Positions 1 to 7,980 of a stretch of DNA of 21,190 bases are shown here, piece by piece; positions within the stretch are counted from its first letter, which is position 1; each line of letters begins with the position of its first letter. A model generated the notes under the pieces. The model worked only from the letters and a program-made list of their open reading frames with translations. It ran no database searches and had not been told where the DNA came from. A program made the position numbers and the translations under genes. Source of the stretch: Promethearchaeota archaeon (GTDB taxonomy: Archaea > Asgardarchaeota > Lokiarchaeia > Sigyniarchaeales > SOKP01). Location of the stretch: contig JBHLPW010000074.1 in assembly GCA_048939015.1 (NCBI GenBank), positions 1-21,190 of the forward strand. The letters are read 5' to 3'.

Positions 1-838
1 ATTGTACAAATTCCATTGTAGAGTCAATAAATCCCTCCGAAAGTGCTATACAATATTTTGGAGAAATTTCTAATATAGCTTTCACATAATCACTTTTTAA
101 AATCTTTACATTTTCACATATGATTTCTGCTGCTTTAGATGGATTATTTCTTAACAAAAAGGAAGCTTGTTTATGGCAATTTAGAAATTTAATGACTAAC
201 TCTGGGTTGTTTTCAATAATATTCTCATGGAAAAAAATTCCATAACTTGGATTATTTGCCCTCAAAAATTTTGGGGGAATAATTATATGCGATTTTAACA
301 TTGATGAGGCAAATATTGCTAATGCTGGAGTGCCAACACCAGCTTCAATATTCCCTTTTTTCAAATCTAAGGCAATAAATTCTGCTTGATTATAATTCCT
401 TATTTTGACATAGTCAATTAACTCATACTTTTTTAAAAAAAAATTTAATATAACGTCATGAATAGATCCTTTGCTTGTTACTCCAATTGATTTTCCTTTA
501 AATTGAGCTAAAACATCATATATATTATCATTAAAATCGTTAAGATCCTTGTATTCGGTTTTAGCAATTATAACCGTACCTTCTACATGACCACCTGCAA
601 CACATTTAATTAAGACTCCATTATCTATTCCTATAATAGCTGGTGGTAGTCCAATATAACCAATTTCTAATTGTTCATTCATAAACGCTCTAATCATTTC
701 AGGTCCTGTTCCGAATAAAATCCAATTTATTTTTTGATTAAAACGTTTTTTGAATTCTCGATTTTGCATTAATAAAAAATTAGTATGATATACTGTAGAT
801 AAATGTCCGATATTTATTTCATCTTTTTTAATATTAAT
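1..838 (-). CDS. NitT/TauT/SsuA/THI5-type substrate-binding-fold protein, 3' end runs off the window
   Basis: Not in the ORF track because it is open to the edge. Manual translation gives INIKKDEINIGHLSTVYHTNF...INWILFGTGPEMIRAF..EQLEIGYIGLPPAIIGIDNG..IKCVAGGHVEGT...KGKSIGVTSKGSIHDVIL...NPSYGIFFHE...NPELVIKFL..HKQAS..LRNNPSKAAEII, with no stop down to base 1. The upstream in-frame stop is at 875-877 and the first ATG is at 769, downstream of GHLST, so the start is uncertain (ATT at 859, 838 or 832). Confidence 0.8.
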   Translation of the reverse strand, partial: MNIKKDEINIGHLSTVYHTNFLLMQNREFKKRFNQKINWILFGTGPEMIRAFMNEQLEIGYIGLPPAIIGIDNGVLIKCVAGGHVEGTVIIAKTEYKDLNDFNDNIYDVLAQFKGKSIGVTSKGSIHDVILNFFLKKYELIDYVKIRNYNQAEFIALDLKKGNIEAGVGTPALAIFASSMLKSHIIIPPKFLRANNPSYGIFFHENIIENNPELVIKFLNCHKQASFLLRNNPSKAAEIICENVKILKSDYVKAILEISPKYCIALSEGFIDSTMEFVQ

Positions 839-959
839 CCCTTGTTCTTTCCTTTCAATTTTATTATTAGATAATCAAATCTAAATCTTATAATAAAAAA
901 TCTTAATTATTAAATTCTTAAAACAAATATGAAATATTAGATAAATACCGAAGATTAAT

Positions 960-1250
960 TTGATGATTAAGGTTAAAATTTCTTTTTTATCATTATTAGC
1001 TGATATCGTTAATGAGGAAGAACTCATATTGTCAATTAAAGGAGACTCTACTGTAAAGGACATCCTAAACATATTGAGTAGGGAATATGGAACTAAATTT
1101 AAGGAAACCATTTTCACATCATCAGATATATTAAGTAATTATATTTTATTAGGATTAAATGGTAGAGATATTCGCTCCTTAGATAACTTAAATACCCTGC
1201 TTCATAACGGAGATGAAATCTCTTTTTTACCTGCGATTGCTGGGGGGTAA
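960..1250 (+). CDS. MoaD/ThiS family ubiquitin-like sulfur carrier (SAMP/Urm1-like)
   Basis: 96 aa beta-grasp pattern STVKDIL..L...LNGRDI..L....T.L.NGDEISFLPAIAGG with a free C-terminal GG. Start is TTG 960 or ATG 963. Confidence 0.93.
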   Translation: MMIKVKISFLSLLADIVNEEELILSIKGDSTVKDILNILSREYGTKFKETIFTSSDILSNYILLGLNGRDIRSLDNLNTLLHNGDEISFLPAIAGG

Positions 1251-1254
1251 AAAA

Positions 1255-1524
1255 TTATAATTTCATTAACTTCAAAATCCATTCATCTTTACCTCTATTT
1301 TTTTCCTCTATCTCTAATACTTTTGCTAAATTCTGGCGTTTAACATTTTCTGGAATACTTTTAAGAGCTGCTGGAAAATTAAGAAGAACTTCTAAAATTT
1401 CACCTTTATTAAGATCCTCAAGTGCTAATTTAGTGTATACAAATGTCATTGGACAGACTTTTCCTCTAATATCAATATGTTTTATAATTTGTTCCTTGAA
1501 GTTATGTTTTTCTTTTATTGACAT
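1255..1524 (-). CDS. tusA: TusA/SirA family sulfurtransferase
   Basis: IDIRGKVCPMTFVYTKLALEDL..GEILEVLL, the D.RG..CP TusA signature. 89 aa; overlaps the upstream E1-like gene by 10 bp. Confidence 0.9.
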   Translation of the reverse strand: MSIKEKHNFKEQIIKHIDIRGKVCPMTFVYTKLALEDLNKGEILEVLLNFPAALKSIPENVKRQNLAKVLEIEEKNRGKDEWILKLMKL

Positions 1525-2321
1525 ACATCCTCAATTCTGTAGTTATATGTCTCAACCAAATTTTTAGCACTATCTCCACATGCGAGACATTTTTCATCTC
1601 GTTGAATCTCAACAAAATTAAATCTATTGCGTAAAAGATCTACATACATAATTTTGTTAATAATTAAATCTCCTATATTTAAAATACATTTAAGAGCCTC
1701 ACTTGCTTCTAAGCATCCTAAAATCCCTGGAACTAAACCTATAACACCTGCTTGAGAACATGACATTCCAGAAGGGATATCAGTAATTTCACCAAAAACA
1801 CATCTATAACAAGCAGTTTTATTATTTGGAATAGTAGTCATTATTTGACCATGAAATCTTAAAACTCCTGCAATAGTAAAAGGTAAACTTAAACTTACAC
1901 ATGTATCATTAACTAGCATCTTAGTAGGAAAATTATCTGAGCCTTCTATTACAAAATCAGAATTTCTTAGTATTTCTTTAGAATTTTCAGGTGTGATTTT
2001 TTCAGTAATAATCTCTATGTTACAGTCTGGATTTAATAGATTAAGTTTTTCAAAGGCACTATCTGTTTTCTTTCTATTAATATCCTCTGTGAAATGGAGA
2101 ATTTGGCGATGCAAATTGGAAATTTCAACTGAGTCATAATCAATTATTTTTAGGTTACCAATTCCAGCAGCAACAAGGTAATATGCTACCGGCGATCCAA
2201 GAGCTCCTAAACCAACTAATGAGACATGAGACTTTAATAATTTTTTTTGACCAATTCCTCCTATCTCTTCTAAAACAATTTGACGAGAATATCTATTAAT
2301 TTGTTCATCTGTTAATTTCAT
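1515..2321 (-). CDS. HesA/MoeB/ThiF family E1-like adenylyltransferase
   Basis: RYSRQ, GQKKL, GLGALG nucleotide-binding loop, D.VEISNLHRQ, SDNF, Zn motifs CYRC and CLAC, active-site-loop SCSQAG. No fused rhodanese domain. Confidence 0.95.
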   Translation of the reverse strand: MKLTDEQINRYSRQIVLEEIGGIGQKKLLKSHVSLVGLGALGSPVAYYLVAAGIGNLKIIDYDSVEISNLHRQILHFTEDINRKKTDSAFEKLNLLNPDCNIEIITEKITPENSKEILRNSDFVIEGSDNFPTKMLVNDTCVSLSLPFTIAGVLRFHGQIMTTIPNNKTACYRCVFGEITDIPSGMSCSQAGVIGLVPGILGCLEASEALKCILNIGDLIINKIMYVDLLRNRFNFVEIQRDEKCLACGDSAKNLVETYNYRIEDVCQ

Positions 2322-2436
2322 ATTCTACTATTCAAAAGATAAATCCGCAATATTAATATTTTAGACTTATATAAAATAAAATCTAATATTAGAATGGTTT
2401 CTAAATTATTACTAAGATAAAGTAAATTTTTATGAG

Positions 2437-3183
2437 TTGGAGAAAATGGAAAAAGAATATCAATTTATCAATATTGAAAGGAGAGGAAAAATCTCAATAA
2501 TTAAGTTTAATCGTCTTGAGAAGAAAAACGCTTTAAGTGAAGTGATGAGGGCAGAAATTATTGATGCTTTAAACTCTCTACAAGAAGAAAAGAGAATAAA
2601 AGCAGTAATTTTTTATGGTGGGGAAGAAATCTTTTCTGCAGGTTTTGATAGAGATGAAGTACAGGCTGTAGTACAAGGAAAAGGTGATTATCAAAAATTT
2701 GTTGATTCAAATCATCTTTTTCATCAGACAGTGTTTGAATTTCCAAAACTATTAATTGCTGCTATTAATGGATATGCTTTAGCAGGAGCATTTGACCTTG
2801 CTGTTATTTGTCACCTTCGAGTTGCTTCAAAAGGATCCCTATTTGGGCATCCCGAGATAAGATTTGGAGCATGTCCACTATTTTTCCCATATATGACTCT
2901 TGTGGGACGTGGGAAAGCTTTAGAACTTACATTGAATACAGGAACTCGAGAAACATTTCTTACAGCTGAAGAAGCATATCGGTTGAACATTATTAATAGA
3001 CTAGTTGAGAAAGGGGAAGTATTGAATAAGGCAGTTAACTTAGCTAAGCAAATAACTCAATCACCTGAATACGTAGTAAAACAATTACTTCAAGTCAACA
3101 ATATTCTCTTCGATCAAGTTAAAACGTTTGATACTGAAATAGATACAATCCTTAAAAGCATGAGCTCGTTATTAGGGATTTGA
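2437..3183 (+). CDS. Enoyl-CoA hydratase/isomerase (crotonase) family protein
   Basis: FNR.EKKNALS, FSAGFD oxyanion motif, IAAINGYALAGAFDLA, FGHPEIRFG, AEEAYRLNIINRLV. The real start may be ATG 2446 behind GGAG. Confidence 0.92.
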   Translation: MEKMEKEYQFINIERRGKISIIKFNRLEKKNALSEVMRAEIIDALNSLQEEKRIKAVIFYGGEEIFSAGFDRDEVQAVVQGKGDYQKFVDSNHLFHQTVFEFPKLLIAAINGYALAGAFDLAVICHLRVASKGSLFGHPEIRFGACPLFFPYMTLVGRGKALELTLNTGTRETFLTAEEAYRLNIINRLVEKGEVLNKAVNLAKQITQSPEYVVKQLLQVNNILFDQVKTFDTEIDTILKSMSSLLGI

Positions 3184-3196
3184 TTTTTTTTTTTTT
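3184..3196 (+). terminator. Oligo-T (T13) archaeal-type terminator
   Basis: 13 consecutive T immediately after the crotonase TGA. Confidence 0.6.
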
Positions 3197-3283
3197 AACA
3201 TTTTTATCTTAAAATTACATAAACTATATTATTTTTCTAGAATAAATGAAATAATAGAAAAACTAATTGGAGTTGATTATTCA

Positions 3284-4264
3284 ATTAGAGCTGCAGTTAT
3301 TGAAGATATTAAAAAAATAGTCTATATAGAAGATTATCCCAAACCAATTATAGGACCAGATGAAGCTCTGGTAAAAGTTCATTATTGCGGAATTTGTGGG
3401 AGTGATTTAACAAATTTCAAGTACAAGACATATAATATGCCTTTAATAATGGGACATGAAATTACAGGAGAAGTCGTAGAAATTGGTGAAAACGTTTCAG
3501 AAGTAAAAGTGGGAGATATGGTTCTCTGTGTTAATGTATCACTTGATCTTAGTGAGGGGGATTTAAAAGGGTTGGGAATGTTTCAAGATGGGGGTTTTGC
3601 AGAATATGTAAAAGTACCTAAAATATCTTTATTTCCTCTTCCTGAAAATGTCTCAACTAAAGATGGTGCTATGCTTGAGACTTTTGCTTTGGCTATGAGA
3701 GCCTTTAAATTATCAAGAATTAAAAATAATGAGAACATTATCATTTTTGGAGGAGGAAACGTTGGATTAGTCTTTTTAAAAGCTCTACTGATTCAAAAAA
3801 ACCCAAATTATGTAATTATTGTTGAACCCAATGAATTCTTAAGGAAAAAGGCTATAGAATTGGGTGCAACTGATGCTGTTGCCCCAGGTAGACCTAAATT
3901 AAAAAAAATTGTTAGAAAACTTGGATCTCCTACATTTATATTTGATTGTGTAGGAATTGAACAAACGATATCAGATGCGCTTTATATTATTAAGAAAGGT
4001 GGGACAATTTTACTAGAGGGAATGTATAAAGGAAGTATATCTATCACCGTATTTATGATAAATAATAAAGAAGTCACTCTGAAAGGATGTTTAGGTCATG
4101 ATCGTGAAGATATATTAGCCGCAGTTGACATTTTTACTAAAAATGATGTAGATGCTAATGAATTTATTTCTGAAGTTATACATTTAGTAGATATACAGAA
4201 AACCTTTGAAAGATATCTTGATCCGAAAGATAGGAATTTTGTTAAAATTATCGTTGAGCCTTAA
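3284..4264 (+). CDS. Zn-dependent medium-chain dehydrogenase/reductase (threonine/sorbitol dehydrogenase-like)
   Basis: The ORF track starts at 3437, but the frame continues upstream as (I)RAAVIEDIKKIVYIEDYPKPIIGPDEALVKVHYCGICGSD, then GHE..G.V.E.G..V...KVGD.V, GGFAEY and Rossmann GGGNVG. Start placed at ATT 3284. Confidence 0.9.
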   Translation: MRAAVIEDIKKIVYIEDYPKPIIGPDEALVKVHYCGICGSDLTNFKYKTYNMPLIMGHEITGEVVEIGENVSEVKVGDMVLCVNVSLDLSEGDLKGLGMFQDGGFAEYVKVPKISLFPLPENVSTKDGAMLETFALAMRAFKLSRIKNNENIIIFGGGNVGLVFLKALLIQKNPNYVIIVEPNEFLRKKAIELGATDAVAPGRPKLKKIVRKLGSPTFIFDCVGIEQTISDALYIIKKGGTILLEGMYKGSISITVFMINNKEVTLKGCLGHDREDILAAVDIFTKNDVDANEFISEVIHLVDIQKTFERYLDPKDRNFVKIIVEP

Positions 4265-4312
4265 TAATTTAGTTATTTTGAATAAGATCTTAATAATCAT
4301 CGGGTAAAAATT

Positions 4313-5635
4313 GTGAACGAAAAACCAAATATCATATTATTTATAACCCATGACCAAGGGCAGTTTCTTGGATGTTATAATACACCACAAACTCCAAATT
4401 CTCTTAACACTCCCAATTTAGATAAACTTGCTGAAAATGGAGTACGATTTACAAATCATTTTTGTACAGCTCCTCAATGCAGCCCGAGTCGTGGAAGTAT
4501 ACAAACATCTTTATATCCCCATCAAAATGGTTTGATGGGTCTTGTAAATAGAGGATGGAACTTACCTGTTGAAAATATAACGTTACCGAAGTTTCTAAAA
4601 AATAAAGGATATTCCACTCATCTAATTGGAGTACAACATGAAGCTTTAAAGCCGGTAACTTTGGGCTATGATACTATGTCAGAGCGGTTTTTTAGTAAAA
4701 AAGGAGTAGAAATTTTATTTAATTATAACTGTAAATATGTAGAAGATCATTTTGTACGATTTTTAAAAGAGCATAAAAATGATGATAAACCATTATATTT
4801 AAGCATTGGAGTAGAAGAAGTCCATAGACCATTCAAAATCTGGGGGGATCCAGTAGATCCGAGTACTGTTAAGGTACCCCCTTTTTTGCCAAATCATGAT
4901 ATAATTAAAAAAGAATTATCAGAATTTTATGGAGCAATTAATAATGTTGATGTTACTATAGGAAAAATTATTAATATGTTACAAGAAACCAGTTTAAATG
5001 AAAATACGCTTTTTATTTTTACAACTGACCATGGAAGTGCCTTCCCTAGAGCAAAATGTACTTTATATGATCCTGGCATAAGAACAGCTCTTATAATGCA
5101 TAAAGATGATTCAGAATTATTTAGTGGAGGAAAAGTAATTAAAAGCTTGTTAAGTAATATTGATTTGCTTCCTACGATACTCGAACTCATTGGAGCAAAA
5201 ATTCCAGATGATATTGAAGGAAAATCCTTTTTATCTATCTTAAGAGGAGAAAAAAACGCTATTAGAAAAGAGATATTTATTGAAAAAACATTCCACGAAA
5301 CTTATGATCCAATTCGAGGAATAAGGACTCAAAGATATAAATACATTAGAAATTTTGAAAAATTAGAAACATTGTATCAAATTCCTGCACCTGTTTTGAT
5401 GGCACCTTCTGGAAAACTTATGAAAGATATATATAACACGCCAAGATTGGATGAAGAGCTTTATGATCTGAAAATAGATCAAAATGAAACTAACAATATA
5501 ATACAAAATCCAGAATATGCAGATATTGCTGAAAATCTTAGAGAAAGACTCAATTTATGGCTAAAAACTACTAATGATCCAATATTGAACGGTAGAATAT
5601 ATCCTCAACCTCAAGTAGGATATAAAAAAAAATGA
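4313..5635 (+). CDS. Formylglycine-dependent sulfatase (S1 family, Cys type)
   Basis: KPNII.FITHD, TPNLDKLAENGVRF, CSPSR (CxPxR), FTTDHG, LYDPGIR, NIDLLPTILEL, GKSF, IRTQRYKYI, ELYDL..D..E..N. GTG start; no signal peptide. Confidence 0.95.
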   Translation: MNEKPNIILFITHDQGQFLGCYNTPQTPNSLNTPNLDKLAENGVRFTNHFCTAPQCSPSRGSIQTSLYPHQNGLMGLVNRGWNLPVENITLPKFLKNKGYSTHLIGVQHEALKPVTLGYDTMSERFFSKKGVEILFNYNCKYVEDHFVRFLKEHKNDDKPLYLSIGVEEVHRPFKIWGDPVDPSTVKVPPFLPNHDIIKKELSEFYGAINNVDVTIGKIINMLQETSLNENTLFIFTTDHGSAFPRAKCTLYDPGIRTALIMHKDDSELFSGGKVIKSLLSNIDLLPTILELIGAKIPDDIEGKSFLSILRGEKNAIRKEIFIEKTFHETYDPIRGIRTQRYKYIRNFEKLETLYQIPAPVLMAPSGKLMKDIYNTPRLDEELYDLKIDQNETNNIIQNPEYADIAENLRERLNLWLKTTNDPILNGRIYPQPQVGYKKK

Positions 5636-5710
5636 AAAAGACAAGTAATTATTACCTCAAATATTGCTTAATATACGGATTATCAATATAAATCTAGATG
5701 GAAACTAACA

Positions 5711-6667
5711 ATGTCATTTCAAGGAATAGAAGAAGCCCATAATAGAATTAAAAACATTGTTAATAAAACACCAGTTATGACTTCAAGAACTTTGAATAAA
5801 TTAGTAAAGGCAAGTATATACTTCAAATGTGAAAATTTTCAAAGAGTCGGAGCCTTCAAATTTCGAGGAGCTTATAATGCATTAAGTTTACTCTCAGAAA
5901 ATAAAAGGAAAAATGGTGTTATTACTCACTCAAGTGGTAACCATGCACAAGCTGTTGCACTAGCTGCTTCCTTATTAGGAATTGAAGCAACAGTGGTTAT
6001 GCCAAAGGGCGCTCCGATAAATAAAATTAATGCTACAAAAAGTTATGGTGCATATATTGTATTTTGTGAAAATACTCTCGAAGCGAGAATGAAAACAACT
6101 GAAGAGATAATAAAAGAACAAAAATTAATACTCATCCATCCTTTTGACAATGATAACATAATAAATGGGCAAGGAACTGCTGCTTATGAATTAATAAAAG
6201 AAGTCGACTCATTAGATATCGTTATTGCTCCATTAGGAGGAGGAGGTTTATTAAGTGGTACGGCATTAGTGACTAAAGGACTAAGTCCGACCACTAAAGT
6301 TATCGGAGTTGAACCCACTCTAGCAGATGATGCGCTAAAATCACTTAAGGCAGGTTATATCATACCAAGTACATATCCTGATACAATAGCAGATGGTTTA
6401 CGCACTTCTTTAAGTGAAAGGACATTTAACATTATTCGCCTTCATGTTGATGATATTGTAACTGTTACCGAAATTGAAATAATAGAGGCTATGAAATTCC
6501 TTTGGGAACGCATGAAAATTATTGTAGAACCTTCTGGAGCAGTTCCCTTAGCTGCTATTTTATCAAAAAGAGTTTCAGTAGAAAATAAAGAGGTTGGTGT
6601 CATTTTAAGCGGGGGGAATATTGATATAGAACCATTTTTCGAAATTTTAGAGAAAAAAATAGTATAA
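5711..6667 (+). CDS. Fold-type II PLP enzyme, serine racemase / threo-3-hydroxyaspartate ammonia-lyase / serine-threonine dehydratase family
   Basis: KCENFQRVGAFKFRGAYN (PLP Lys), HSSGNH, GQGT, GGGGL, TIADG, WERMK..VEPS, LSGGN. No C-terminal ACT domain. Confidence 0.93.
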   Translation: MSFQGIEEAHNRIKNIVNKTPVMTSRTLNKLVKASIYFKCENFQRVGAFKFRGAYNALSLLSENKRKNGVITHSSGNHAQAVALAASLLGIEATVVMPKGAPINKINATKSYGAYIVFCENTLEARMKTTEEIIKEQKLILIHPFDNDNIINGQGTAAYELIKEVDSLDIVIAPLGGGGLLSGTALVTKGLSPTTKVIGVEPTLADDALKSLKAGYIIPSTYPDTIADGLRTSLSERTFNIIRLHVDDIVTVTEIEIIEAMKFLWERMKIIVEPSGAVPLAAILSKRVSVENKEVGVILSGGNIDIEPFFEILEKKIV

Positions 6668-6670
6668 ATC

Positions 6671-7945
6671 ATGTTAAGTGCTCTAAAAAAATTATTTGAT
6701 GATATCGATCTCTCATGGATTGATTCTTTAAAAAATATAGATAAATCAGATGAATTTAATAAACTCTTACTAATATTTCCAAATTTAAAGAAAATTTTTC
6801 AAGAAGCAAGAGAGAGAAATAAAGATGAATTTCAGAGAACCATTAGGCATATTTTTAGAGCATTTAAAATATTCAATTTAATGATTAATGGAAATTTCTC
6901 GCACAAAACTCTTTCTCCTGCATCAATAAAAATAATTCAGGAAAAAGTTTTCAATCTACAATCTCAAAACGAGTTAATAATCCCAATACTCTTAATGTAT
7001 CACGATATTGGTAGGTATATTGATAATAAAAAACATCCTTATCATAGTTATCATCTTGTTTCAAAAATGGATTTACTCGATCTTTTTGAGCTTTCTGATG
7101 TCGATAAATTGCTTATTCATGAAATAATTCATTACCACTTGCTTATCGCGACCATCTACACTGGAGAATCTACTTTTTATGGGATTTATTCATTATTTAG
7201 TGATCCCGAATTTAATAAACTCCTTAGTTATTATAACGCTTTGAATAGATTCGTTGATTTATTAGAAGTTTTCACCTATATTGATATTCTAGGTTACTAT
7301 TACACAAAAATATTCGACCACTATATTAAATATTATGAAGAAATTAATTCAAAATTAAAAGATATTTTAAAATTGTGGCCAGATAAAGACAAAGCTCTAA
7401 TATTAGCCAAGAAATATTCAGATGAATGGCTTGAATGGAGGCTTGCGGGTGCTCTTAGAATATTTCAGTTTGTTGAAACAAAGCCTTATTTAACTAAAGA
7501 GTTTTATTACGCAAAACTGGCAGATAGCATAAAGCATACTGATATTCAAACCTTCGAGAATCTTAATTGGGATTCATTAAAAGATCAATATTTAATTCAT
7601 TCTTATAAAATCCAAATGCGATATTCTTTAGCTCTGTTAATGGTTTTGGCATTTGGAAGTTTTCAAAGAATGGGATTAAAGATTAATGAAGGAATCTCAT
7701 ACAAATTACTTTTATTTTGGAAGATTCTTTCAAAAGAAGTGAAACTAAGATCTAAAGAGAATGATAAATCTATATGGAATATATTTTTAGAAGGGATGCC
7801 TCATTGGTCAAAAATAGATATATCATTTATTAAATTATTAAGTGATACTATGATTGAGTCCTTAATCCGAAATTCTAAAGTTGAGTACGATATTGAACAA
7901 GAAGAATATAATTTATATCTAAACGTTGAGCAAGTTTTTAAGTAA
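6671..7945 (+). CDS. Hypothetical protein with GlnD-like HD metal-dependent phosphohydrolase domain
   Basis: RTIRH...LLMYHDIGR....HPYHS...IIHYHLLI...FTYIDILG follows the H...HD...H...H...D spacing of HD domains. Starts 3 bp after the PLP gene. Confidence 0.6.
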   Translation: MLSALKKLFDDIDLSWIDSLKNIDKSDEFNKLLLIFPNLKKIFQEARERNKDEFQRTIRHIFRAFKIFNLMINGNFSHKTLSPASIKIIQEKVFNLQSQNELIIPILLMYHDIGRYIDNKKHPYHSYHLVSKMDLLDLFELSDVDKLLIHEIIHYHLLIATIYTGESTFYGIYSLFSDPEFNKLLSYYNALNRFVDLLEVFTYIDILGYYYTKIFDHYIKYYEEINSKLKDILKLWPDKDKALILAKKYSDEWLEWRLAGALRIFQFVETKPYLTKEFYYAKLADSIKHTDIQTFENLNWDSLKDQYLIHSYKIQMRYSLALLMVLAFGSFQRMGLKINEGISYKLLLFWKILSKEVKLRSKENDKSIWNIFLEGMPHWSKIDISFIKLLSDTMIESLIRNSKVEYDIEQEEYNLYLNVEQVFK

Positions 7946-7980
7946 TTTCTGTTATATCAAAAACTTAAAAACTATAAAAT

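Noticed and set aside
881-1117. 78-aa minus-strand ORF
   Set aside because: Antisense shadow of the MoaD/SAMP gene and its promoter; no motifs.
2349-2393. Palindromes AATATTAATATT, TTATATAA and TCTAATATTAGA in the E1/crotonase divergent region
   Set aside because: Almost entirely A/T and expected by chance at this composition; TTATATAA may be a TATA box but cannot be assigned to either gene.
2558-6672. Short antisense ORFs 2558-2746, 4927-5190 and 6442-6672
   Set aside because: They lie opposite well-supported enzyme genes and show no recognisable features.
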